Of a DNA stretch of 32,000 nucleotides, positions 7,735-15,872 are shown in pieces. A model generated the notes under the pieces. The model had not been told where the DNA came from. It saw only the letters and a program-made list of their open reading frames with translations, and made no database searches. Both the position numbers and the translations under genes were made by a program. This DNA comes from an uncultured Erysipelotrichaceae bacterium (GTDB lineage: Bacteria > Bacillota_I > Bacilli_A > Erysipelotrichales > Erysipelotrichaceae), in assembly GCA_964401865.1 (NCBI GenBank), contig CAYNZZ010000003.1, positions 30,001-62,000 on the forward strand, in the 5' to 3' direction. The number at the start of each line of letters is the position of its first letter. The stretch's first letter is position 1.

Positions 7735-10700
7735 ATGAGTAAGTTACAGGAATATCGTTATAAGAAGAGAATTGATAAATATGATAGTGATGAATTAGCT
7801 TTAGAAATGGTCGATCAAAAAAATGACATTGTCGAATTGCAACATTCGATTGAAGACATGATGGCCAAAACTGATGAGTTAATCAAATTTCATGATAAGC
7901 AAAAAAAAGATAGTCATGAAAGAGAAAATCAATTATTGAAAAATGCCAAAAGAGATTTAGAAAATATCGCTAAGCAGAATATTGAATTAAATAATAGACA
8001 AGTGGTTCTCAGCAATAAATATAAAAATGAAATCAAGGAAAAAGATGACGAAATCGCTAATATTGAACTTGAAAAAGAAAAGGAGTTCAATAGGCAAAAA
8101 GAGCATTTGACTGATGAATTCGAACAAGAGAAGAAACTTTTGGAAGATAAGCTAAAAGAGGTTGATAAAAACAAGAAAGCATTAATTGATAAGTATGATA
8201 ATGATGTTTTGGAAATCAAAGAGCAATACGAGAGAATTAAAAAACAGCAATTTGCAATTATTGATTCTTTAAAAAGTCAGATTGCTAAAGAAAACGCCGA
8301 TTTTGATGCGTCTATTTTAGATATTGAAAATAATCTTAAAAAAGAATCGGAAAAACACAGCAAAGACACTAACGATCTATACAACAAAAGCACTGAAACA
8401 ATTAATGAGATAAATAGTGATGGAGAGTCCAATGTTGAACTGTTGAAAAATGAACTATTAGCTCTTTTTAAACAAAAAGAGGCTTTAAAAACGCAATGTG
8501 CTAATCTTGAAAAACAATACAATATTCAAGAAGAAGAAATCAAAGAAGAATATCGTAAACAGAGTTGGCATTTTGAACAGATTAAAAATCAGGCTAATGA
8601 AAGAAGAAATAATGCTGAAAAAGAGTATCAGTCGAAATACGAAGAATATGAACAAGTAGTTGCGAAATTACAGGCTGAATTAGAAGCAAAAAACGAATTA
8701 GCTAAAAAGCATTACGCTCAACTTGAACTTCAAAAAGAGGGCAAAAAGAGTGAAAATGCAAGTACAAAAGAAAAATTGAGTGCCGATTTAAAGAATGATC
8801 TTAATAGTGTGCTTAATTCTTATGTTACTAAGATTCAAAATATTAAGAATGATTTTGATGCGAAAATTAATCGTTTAAAAAATGAAATCGCTTCAAATGA
8901 AGAAGCTTTAAACAAACAAGTTCTTGATTTAAATTATCAAAAAGATAAATTGATCAGCAATTACGAAAAGGAATTAAGCGAGATTAAAGCCGATCAGGAT
9001 GATTATCGCCAATTATTCAAAGATAAGAAAGAAAAATACGAAGCCGAAATAAAGATCAAGAAGGATGAATGTAAAGAAATTAAGAGGAAAAATGAACTAG
9101 AATATCAAGAGATTTCTCAATCTTTAGCTTTGAAATTAGCTGCTCTTAAACAGGAGTGGAGTTTAAAGAAAGAAGAATTATTAAAGCGAATCAAAGACGA
9201 GAAGAATAATATCTTTGAAATAAATGCTAATATTACATCTAACGAAGAGAGAATGAGAAATTCTCGACTTGATATCGACAGTAAAAAAGCCGATCTTGAA
9301 CATCAAATTAAATTATTGAACGATGAAAAAGATACATTCATTGCTAAAAAAGATACGCTTATTGCTAATCAAGCGCAATTAGAAGAAGAATTTAATAAAC
9401 AATGTGGTTTAATTGAAGAAGAAAAAGAAAAAGCTACTTCAAAATATAATGATGAAATTGATGAAATAAATAAAACACATCAACATATGATGGGCATTAT
9501 TAATCAGGAATATCAAAATAAGTTAGCTGATCTTCAAAAACAACACGAACTAGATTCTCAAGAACTTCAAAAGAAATATGAAGAAAAGGTTTTAGAATTG
9601 AATGATTCGTTCAAAATTAAAACTGTTGAAGTGGAAGAGGAAAAAGCTAAGATCAATCATGATATTGAAACTATTAAACAGGAATTTGCTGAAAAGATTG
9701 AACATCAAAAACAAATTAGCCAAGATGTTTTAAATAGCATTGATGATTCAAAAGTAGAATTTGAAAATGAGATAGCTGCTCTAGAACATGATCGTCTTGA
9801 ACAGGAAAAGATTCATAATAGTCGAGTACATAGCTTGTATGCGGAATTTGATACTAAACATCGTGCTTTAATTGAAGAAAACAATACGGAAGTACAGAAC
9901 TATAAAGACGAAACTGCAAGAATGGCCAAAGAATTGGCTGATATTCAAAACGAGTATGACGCTAAACAAAAATCATATGAAAAAGAGATAAATGATTTTG
10001 AAGATTATAAGAAAAATGCCAACCATGAACTTGTTAAGTTAGACTCAGTTGTCAAGAATGTCCGTTCTCAGTTTGAAGAACTGGTTAAACAGAATGAAAA
10101 TGTATTGGCTGATTGGGACAAGAAGATTGCATCAAAAAATAAAGAATTAGAATTGCTAATGACTAAACAGGATGCTGAAATAAAAGAGTATAAGTGTCAA
10201 AGAGAAAAAGAGGCTAATCAGTATGAATCTAGTCTTAATGCAAGTATTAAATCTAGAAAAGATGCTTATGAATTGAGTATTTTACAAAAATCTAAGAATA
10301 TTGAAATTCAAAATCAGTCAATAAGAAGCGAGTACGAGCAAAAGATTCGAACTCTTGATGAAGAACTTGATGACTTGAACAAGCAAAAAAATGATATTTT
10401 TGAGCAGGAAGGAGCTAATTATCAAAAGGCTATTGATGAAACTTCTGAAATATTGGCTGAACTTGAAAATATTAAAAGTGAACATGCGAAAGAAATGTTT
10501 AATGTTAAGAAGCGTTTTTCTGCTTTGAAAAATGAGAAAAATGAAGAAATTGAAAATCTTAAAGCTGGTTATAAGAGTACTTTAGATGAATATGTTGCTA
10601 AGTATGAGGAACAAAGTCTAAAACGCGAAGCAGAAAAAGCTGCGCTTGCAGGTGAAATTGATCGTATAAAGAAAGATGTTACTTTCTTAACTATGACGAT

Positions 10701-11613
10701 TGCTTCATTCCGTAAAGACAAAGAGTTTGAAAAAGCGGTCTTAGAAAATGAGATGGCGATTTTAATTAAAAAGAAAAATGAAGAAATTGATTTGATTAAT
10801 TCGCAAAGAGAAAAAGCCATTTCAGAGTTTGAAGCTAAAGTTAGTTCACAAAAAGGAATATTTGAAAATATTGAGCAGGAGATTAAAAAAGTTTTTGCCG
10901 ACAAACCGCTTGTGTTTGCCAAACTATATGATCGCTTTAACGAGGTAATGAATGAACATCGTCAAAACTACAAGGAGAGGTATAACGAACTTAAAAACGC
11001 TCATGTTCTATTATTGGAAGAATTAGAAAACGAACAATCTTCATTTATCGATGAAATTAAGTCGAAGATGGAATATTTACTTGAATTTAAAAAACAACAG
11101 ATTGCTGAAGATGAACAGGCAATCATTGAATTAGTCGATGATTTTGTCAATAAGAAATCGTCAGAAAATACCAAACAGAATTTAGCACGCTTAAATATCA
11201 ATGAAGAAAATCAGGCGTTTGATAATTTTATTAAGCAAGTCTTCAATGATGAATCAAATCTAGAAAGCGATTATGAAAATTCTATTGACGAATTAAACCG
11301 TGCTTTTGAAGAATCTAAGTTGAAATTGCAAACGAAGATGCAAGAAGAAACTATCGCCTTTGATGAAGAAATAAACGGTCTTCAAGCTCAAAAACAAAAT
11401 GAACTTGATAAGATAGAAAACATTAAGCGTTCTATAGAAACATTTAATAATGAGTATGATAATTCAATTTGTGAATTATCTGATAGATTTATTGCGAAGT
11501 GTGAAGAACTTGAAAAGAATATCAGCGATAAACTTGTTGAACAACGTCGTGAAATAGAAGAAAAAGACTTATTGGGAAATGAAATAAATCCATTTTTTTC
11601 AAGTCGCAATTAA
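7735..11613 (+). CDS. Giant (1292 aa) K/E/N/Q-rich coiled-coil protein of unknown function. It has no signal peptide, TM segment or NTPase motif.
   Basis: Uninterrupted 3.9-kb ORF with a strong SD (AGGGGGA, 7-nt spacing) 13 nt after the gdhA stop. The sequence is heptad-like, charged and low-complexity throughout. There is no Walker A, so it is not SMC, SbcC or RecN. Confidence 0.85.
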   Translation: MSKLQEYRYKKRIDKYDSDELALEMVDQKNDIVELQHSIEDMMAKTDELIKFHDKQKKDSHERENQLLKNAKRDLENIAKQNIELNNRQVVLSNKYKNEIKEKDDEIANIELEKEKEFNRQKEHLTDEFEQEKKLLEDKLKEVDKNKKALIDKYDNDVLEIKEQYERIKKQQFAIIDSLKSQIAKENADFDASILDIENNLKKESEKHSKDTNDLYNKSTETINEINSDGESNVELLKNELLALFKQKEALKTQCANLEKQYNIQEEEIKEEYRKQSWHFEQIKNQANERRNNAEKEYQSKYEEYEQVVAKLQAELEAKNELAKKHYAQLELQKEGKKSENASTKEKLSADLKNDLNSVLNSYVTKIQNIKNDFDAKINRLKNEIASNEEALNKQVLDLNYQKDKLISNYEKELSEIKADQDDYRQLFKDKKEKYEAEIKIKKDECKEIKRKNELEYQEISQSLALKLAALKQEWSLKKEELLKRIKDEKNNIFEINANITSNEERMRNSRLDIDSKKADLEHQIKLLNDEKDTFIAKKDTLIANQAQLEEEFNKQCGLIEEEKEKATSKYNDEIDEINKTHQHMMGIINQEYQNKLADLQKQHELDSQELQKKYEEKVLELNDSFKIKTVEVEEEKAKINHDIETIKQEFAEKIEHQKQISQDVLNSIDDSKVEFENEIAALEHDRLEQEKIHNSRVHSLYAEFDTKHRALIEENNTEVQNYKDETARMAKELADIQNEYDAKQKSYEKEINDFEDYKKNANHELVKLDSVVKNVRSQFEELVKQNENVLADWDKKIASKNKELELLMTKQDAEIKEYKCQREKEANQYESSLNASIKSRKDAYELSILQKSKNIEIQNQSIRSEYEQKIRTLDEELDDLNKQKNDIFEQEGANYQKAIDETSEILAELENIKSEHAKEMFNVKKRFSALKNEKNEEIENLKAGYKSTLDEYVAKYEEQSLKREAEKAALAGEIDRIKKDVTFLTMTIASFRKDKEFEKAVLENEMAILIKKKNEEIDLINSQREKAISEFEAKVSSQKGIFENIEQEIKKVFADKPLVFAKLYDRFNEVMNEHRQNYKERYNELKNAHVLLLEELENEQSSFIDEIKSKMEYLLEFKKQQIAEDEQAIIELVDDFVNKKSSENTKQNLARLNINEENQAFDNFIKQVFNDESNLESDYENSIDELNRAFEESKLKLQTKMQEETIAFDEEINGLQAQKQNELDKIENIKRSIETFNNEYDNSICELSDRFIAKCEELEKNISDKLVEQRREIEEKDLLGNEINPFFSSRN

Positions 11614-11629
11614 AAAAATAAATTTTTTA

Positions 11630-11657
11630 TTGACATTCGAGTAAAAAAAAGTAATAT
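11630..11657 (+). promoter_or_regulatory. Sigma-A type promoter of the T-box leader
   Basis: TTGACA (11630-11635), a 16-nt spacer, then TAATAT (11652-11657). Confidence 0.6.
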
Positions 11658-11663
11658 TTAATT

Positions 11664-11888
11664 ATCTATGAACAAAGGTAGTATCTATAAATGATGCCTT
11701 ATAGCGAGTCTGGTTGGTGGAAGCAGATAGGAAATCGGTAGAGAAACGCATTTGGGAGATATTGTTCTGAACTTGAGTAGGAGCAACGCGATCCGGCGTT
11801 ATGGTTGAGGGGTTCTAAAATTTAGGACAAGTAAAGTGGTACCGCGATATAATGTCGTCTTTATATTTGAAGACGACATTTTTTATTT
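11664..11888 (+). promoter_or_regulatory. T-box riboswitch leader (tRNA-sensing transcription attenuator)
   Basis: Stem I has an AGUA S-turn element (11680-11683), an AG bulge AGCGAG (11703-11708) and a distal loop GUUGGUGGAAG (11713-11723). Also present are an F-box-like GCGUUA (11796-11801), Stem III (11812-11828) and the T-box sequence AAAGUGGUACCGCG (11833-11846). Antiterminator and terminator are mutually exclusive. Confidence 0.88.
11851..11888 (+). terminator. Intrinsic terminator of the T-box expression platform
   Basis: Stem AATGTCGTCTT (11851-11861) / AAGACGACATT (11870-11880), followed by a T-run. Confidence 0.85.
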
Positions 11889-11900
11889 GGGGGTGATGAT

Positions 11901-11975
11901 ATGAGTGAGAATGATCGACGAAGAAATTTGTATATGATAGGTGTTAAAAAATATTTAAAGGAGAAAAGGATATGA
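11901..11975 (+). CDS. Candidate 24-codon micro-ORF (MSENDRRRNLYMIGVKKYLKEKRI)
   Basis: The ATG is preceded by GGGGGTGA with about 7-nt spacing. The TGA stop overlaps the ATG of the binding-protein gene (ATGA at 11972-11975). There is no homology evidence and it may not be translated. Confidence 0.3.
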   Translation: MSENDRRRNLYMIGVKKYLKEKRI

Positions 11976-12757
11976 AAAAAATAGTTTTAGTTTTAATCGC
12001 TTTGTTCATGCTGGTGGCATGTTCATCAAATAATAATTCTACAAATAATTCTAATAATTCTGGAAATGATAACACAACATTTGAAAGCGAACTCATTACT
12101 GAGAAAAATATCATTATTGCAACCTCGCCAGACTATCCACCATATGAAACAATTGATAGTACTACAGGTGAAATAGTTGGCTTTGAAATTGATTTAATGG
12201 ATGCTTTAGTTTCTAAGCTAGACGGTTATACTATTGAATGGCGTCAAATGGAATTTGATTCAATTGTCTCTGCTGTTCAGCTTAAACAAGTCGATTTAGG
12301 CGTTTCTGGTTTTAGTTACGATCCTAAAAAACAAGTTCTATTCTCTGATATCTATTACCATGCTGGACAGACTGTGTTAGTTAAATCTGATAGTGGAATT
12401 CATACGGTTGAAGATTTAAACGGAAAACTAATTGCTGCTCAACTTGGAACTACTTGTGTTGACAGTGCCAACGCAATTGAGGGAGCTGAAGTGGTAACTG
12501 CTACTGATGCTAAAGTGTTAGTTGAGGGATTAAAGACTGGTGCGTATGATGGTGTTTGCCTTGATACATCTGTTGCTCTATCTTATGTAAAAGCTAATTC
12601 AGATTTAGCTGTATTAGATGAAGAATTGGCAAGTGATTCATATGCGTTAATCACTAATTCAGAAAATACAAAATTAATTGAAGAAATCAATAGTTTATTA
12701 AATGAATATATGCAATCAAGTGAATACCAAGATTTACTTGCTAAGTGGGGAATGTAA
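11972..12757 (+). CDS. Polar amino-acid ABC transporter substrate-binding lipoprotein (family 3 SBP)
   Basis: 261 aa. The signal peptide has the lipobox LVAC-S, followed by an N/S-rich linker. The SBP_bac_3-like core includes PDYPPYE, GFEIDL and the FSDIYY region. SD AAGGAG lies 8 nt upstream. Confidence 0.9.
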   Translation: MKKIVLVLIALFMLVACSSNNNSTNNSNNSGNDNTTFESELITEKNIIIATSPDYPPYETIDSTTGEIVGFEIDLMDALVSKLDGYTIEWRQMEFDSIVSAVQLKQVDLGVSGFSYDPKKQVLFSDIYYHAGQTVLVKSDSGIHTVEDLNGKLIAAQLGTTCVDSANAIEGAEVVTATDAKVLVEGLKTGAYDGVCLDTSVALSYVKANSDLAVLDEELASDSYALITNSENTKLIEEINSLLNEYMQSSEYQDLLAKWGM

Positions 12758-13428
12758 TGAATATTGCTGAAATAGTCACTGCCCAAAATTTTATTATCTT
12801 ACTTAAAGCTGCCTCAGTTAGCTTATCAATAGCTTTGGTTAGTGCACTATTTGGAGCTTTAATTGGAATAATAATCGCATTTTTCAAGTTATCAAAAAGT
12901 ATTATCTTAAAAGTTATTGGTAATATCTATGTAGAACTTATCAGAGGCACACCAATGCTTTTACAAATACTATTCTTCTTTTTAGGATTTCCGGTCTTAT
13001 ATCAAATGATTACCGGTTCTTATCTAAGGGTTAATATTTATGTATGCGGTGTTGTGGCATTGAGCATTAATTCCGGTGCATATTGTGCTGAATTGATTCG
13101 TTCACAAATTATTAATATCGATAAGGGACAATATGAAGCCAGTAAAACTTTAGGATTGAGCAATTCTCAGACGATGTTGCATGTTATTTTGCCTCAAGCT
13201 TTAAGAAAATTAGTTGCTCCATTTGTGTCAGAATTTATCATGTTGATCAAAGATTCATCACTTCTTGGCACTATTGGAGTAATAGAGCTCCTTCAACAGG
13301 CAAGATTGATAGGAACTGAATATTTTAATTACTTGATTCCCTTATTGATGGCTAGTGCATACTACTTAATTATGACTATCTTTATTTCTTATCTAGCTAA
13401 TAAAATTGAAAGGAAATTGACTTTATGA
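12757..13428 (+). CDS. Polar amino-acid ABC transporter permease (HisM/GlnP family)
   Basis: It has multiple TM helices and an EAA-type loop ([29 protein letters not shown]). I prefer the ATG at 12757 (TAATG overlap, GGGGA SD) over the ORF-track GTG at 12745. Confidence 0.9.
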   Translation: MNIAEIVTAQNFIILLKAASVSLSIALVSALFGALIGIIIAFFKLSKSIILKVIGNIYVELIRGTPMLLQILFFFLGFPVLYQMITGSYLRVNIYVCGVVALSINSGAYCAELIRSQIINIDKGQYEASKTLGLSNSQTMLHVILPQALRKLVAPFVSEFIMLIKDSSLLGTIGVIELLQQARLIGTEYFNYLIPLLMASAYYLIMTIFISYLANKIERKLTL

Positions 13429-14153
13429 TTAAGGCAGTAAAATTAAATAAGACATTTGGAAGTACTAAGGCCTTGCAAGATATTGACTTTGAGATTAAAA
13501 AGGGTGAGGTAGTATGCCTAATCGGACCATCTGGCAGTGGAAAATCAACACTTTGTCGAAGTTTGTGCGGGCTTGAAGAAGTTGATTCTGGTGAAATATA
13601 TTACGATGGTAGATTAATTGACTTCAAAAATAAACAAGATGCTCAATATGTATATAGCCAAATTGGATTTACTTTTCAACATTTCAATTTATTTCCGCAT
13701 TTAAGCGTTAAACAAAATATGATTCTAGCACCGGTTAAGGTGTTAAAGATGAGCGAAGATAAAGCGACGATTCAAGCGGTTGAACTGTTAGATAAAGTAG
13801 GTTTAAAAGATAAACTTGACAGCTTCCCAAATCAATTATCAGGTGGTCAAAAACAAAGACTTGCCATTGCTCGCTCTTTAATGATGAATCCAAAAATTAT
13901 GCTTTTTGATGAGCCGACGAGTGCATTAGATCCGGAAATGGTCAAAGAAGTATTGATGGTTATGAAAGATTTATCCGATAATGGTATGACAATGCTCATT
14001 GTTACACATGAAATGAATTTTGCCAAAAATGTTGCTAGTCGTATCGTATTTTTAGAGGATGGAAAAATCATTGAAGAAAATAGTCCTAAAGAATTTTTTG
14101 ATAATCCAAAAATGGATAGGACTAAGGAATTTTTGGATAAAATTCATTATTGA
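13425..14153 (+). CDS. Polar amino-acid ABC transporter ATP-binding protein (GlnQ/ArtM-like)
   Basis: 242 aa with Walker [10 protein letters not shown], signature LSGGQKQR, Walker [12 protein letters not shown] and an H-loop THEM. It has an ATGA overlap with the permease gene. Confidence 0.95.
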   Translation: MIKAVKLNKTFGSTKALQDIDFEIKKGEVVCLIGPSGSGKSTLCRSLCGLEEVDSGEIYYDGRLIDFKNKQDAQYVYSQIGFTFQHFNLFPHLSVKQNMILAPVKVLKMSEDKATIQAVELLDKVGLKDKLDSFPNQLSGGQKQRLAIARSLMMNPKIMLFDEPTSALDPEMVKEVLMVMKDLSDNGMTMLIVTHEMNFAKNVASRIVFLEDGKIIEENSPKEFFDNPKMDRTKEFLDKIHY

Positions 14154-14178
14154 GATTCAAATATTTGAATGATATAAT
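14150..14178 (+). promoter_or_regulatory. Strong sigma-A promoter of the ferredoxin gene, with a palindrome embedded in the spacer
   Basis: TTGAGA (14150-14155, containing the ATPase TGA stop), a 17-nt spacer, then TGaTATAAT (14170-14178). The spacer is largely the 16-bp perfect palindrome ATTCAAATATTTGAAT (14155-14170). Confidence 0.65.
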
Positions 14179-14202
14179 ACTTATGTATCAAGGAGGAATA
14201 AA

Positions 14203-14376
14203 ATGCCAGTAAAAGTTGATCATGGTACTTGCATCGGATGTGGTGCTTGTATAGGTGTTTGCCCTACTAGTTCATTATCATTAAATGAAGAAGGAAAATC
14301 AGTTTGCAACGAAGATACTTGCATCGATTGCGGTGCTTGTGTTGCAACTTGCCCAGTAGGAGCTATTACTCAATAA
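14203..14376 (+). CDS. Ferredoxin, clostridial-type 2x[4Fe-4S] (57 aa). It is missed by the ORF track because of its length.
   Basis: Translation: MPVKVDHGTCIGCGACIGVCPTSSLSLNEEGKSVCNEDTCIDCGACVATCPVGAITQ. It carries two CxxCxxCxxxCP motifs, an AAGGAGGA SD 6 nt upstream, and its own promoter and terminator. Confidence 0.9.
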   Translation: MPVKVDHGTCIGCGACIGVCPTSSLSLNEEGKSVCNEDTCIDCGACVATCPVGAITQ

Positions 14377-14400
14377 AACCAAGGTACACTTGGTTTTTTT
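14375..14400 (+). terminator. Intrinsic terminator after the ferredoxin gene
   Basis: Stem AAAACCAAG (14375-14383) / CTTGGTTTT (14389-14397) with loop GTACA, followed by a T-run to 14400. Confidence 0.8.
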
Positions 14401-14422
14401 CTGGCTAAATAATAATACATAT

Positions 14423-15859
14423 ATGAATAAGAAAGACTATGAATTACCTTCAATTAATGAAGCTCGAAAAAGAGATAAAAATCGTGTTGACATCAAGAGA
14501 GAACTTTTTGTTATCCCAGATGATTGTGTTTCGATGGGTGAGGGTTTAAAGTATTATCTTAGAACATACGGCTGTCAGGCTAATCAAAGAGACTCGGAAA
14601 CAATCGCTGGTATTTTGGATAGTATGAAGTTTACTTCTACTGATGAATTAGAAAGTGCCGATTTGATCATTTTGAATACTTGCGCTATTCGTAAAAATGC
14701 TGAAGATAAAGTATTTGGAGAAATTGGTGCATTAAAGAAATTGAAAAGAGAAAATCCTGGTTTAATAATCGCCATGGGTGGCTGCATGGCACAAGAGGAA
14801 AGTGTAGTAAAAGAGATTTTATCAAAATATCGTCAGGTTGATGTTATTTTTGGCACACATAATATATATAATTTACCCAAGCTTTTACATGAGGCGATGG
14901 TTACGAATCAAAAGGTTATTGAAGTTTTTTCTAAACAAGGAGATGTGTATGAGTCTTTACCTACTACTCGCTTTTTGAAACATAAAGCTTGGGTTAACAT
15001 CGCTTATGGGTGTGATAAATTTTGCACTTATTGTATTGTTCCCTATACTAGAGGCAAGGAACGTTCAAGACTCATTGAAGATATTGTAAGTGAAGTTGAA
15101 GAATTAAAAAATAATGGATTTAAAGAGGTTTGTCTTTTGGGACAAAATGTTAATGCTTATGGTCGAGATTTAGGTATGGAATCAGGTTTTGCGACTCTTT
15201 TAGAAAAAGTGGCACAAACTGGAATTCAAAGAATTCGTTTTATGACCTCACATCCTTGGAATTTTGATGATGAGACAATTGATGTTATTAGTAAATACCC
15301 GAATATTATGCCTTATATTCACCTTCCGCTTCAATCTGGTAACGATGAAATACTAAAGAAGATGAATAGACGTTATAATAAGCAGGAATATTTAGCATTA
15401 TATGATAAACTAAAAGCGAAAATTAAAAATTGTGCTTTTACGACCGATATCATTGTTGGTTTTCCTAATGAATCAGATGAGGCTTTCAAAGATACGCTTG
15501 ATGTAGTAGATTATTGTCAGTTTGATAATGCCTTTACTTTCATCTTTTCACCACGAGAAGGAACTCCGGCTTATGATATGGAAGACTCCATTAGCCCAGA
15601 AATCAAAGAAGAAAGATTACAAATCCTTAATAAAAAGGTTGCCGACTATGCTTTGATGCATAATAAGAAATTTGAAAATACTGTAGTTGAAGTATTGGTT
15701 GATGGTCAATCAAAGCGCAATGAAGAAGTGTTTTCTGGATATACAAAAGAAAATAAATTAGTTAATTTTACAGCTAAGAATGTTAAAGTTGGCGATATTG
15801 TAAATGTAAAAATCACAAAGGCAATGAGCTTTTCGCTTAATGGAGAAGCCATAGAATAA
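14423..15859 (+). CDS. miaB: MiaB, tRNA-i6A37 methylthiotransferase (radical SAM)
   Basis: It has a UPF0004 N-domain (YLRTYGCQAN), a radical-SAM CDKFCTYC motif and a TRAM C-terminus. I prefer the ATG at 14423 because the ORF-track start at 14390 lies inside the upstream terminator. The N-terminus (PSINEARKR...) parallels Bacillus MiaB as I recall it. Confidence 0.92.
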   Translation: MNKKDYELPSINEARKRDKNRVDIKRELFVIPDDCVSMGEGLKYYLRTYGCQANQRDSETIAGILDSMKFTSTDELESADLIILNTCAIRKNAEDKVFGEIGALKKLKRENPGLIIAMGGCMAQEESVVKEILSKYRQVDVIFGTHNIYNLPKLLHEAMVTNQKVIEVFSKQGDVYESLPTTRFLKHKAWVNIAYGCDKFCTYCIVPYTRGKERSRLIEDIVSEVEELKNNGFKEVCLLGQNVNAYGRDLGMESGFATLLEKVAQTGIQRIRFMTSHPWNFDDETIDVISKYPNIMPYIHLPLQSGNDEILKKMNRRYNKQEYLALYDKLKAKIKNCAFTTDIIVGFPNESDEAFKDTLDVVDYCQFDNAFTFIFSPREGTPAYDMEDSISPEIKEERLQILNKKVADYALMHNKKFENTVVEVLVDGQSKRNEEVFSGYTKENKLVNFTAKNVKVGDIVNVKITKAMSFSLNGEAIE

Positions 15860-15872
15860 AAGGAGAATGTTT

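Noticed and set aside
7929-11609. Six minus-strand ORFs of 66-117 aa (7929-8219, 8277-8522, 10569-10922, 11001-11201, 11388-11609 and similar) lie opposite the coiled-coil gene.
   Set aside because: Their S/F/L-rich translations are the mirror image of AAA/GAA-rich sense codons. The purine skew suppresses stop codons on the antisense strand. They have no SD sequences or promoters, and the sense ORF is continuous and far longer.
11611-11630. AAAAAAATAAATTTTTTAT after the coiled-coil gene considered as a terminator.
   Set aside because: The stem would be A-T only (about 7 bp) with negligible stability. I do not call it, so read-through into the T-box promoter region is possible.
14390-14422. 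N-terminal extension of miaB proposed by the ORF track (TTG at 14390).
   Set aside because: It starts inside the ferredoxin terminator hairpin and T-run. The homologous N-terminus begins at the ATG at 14423.
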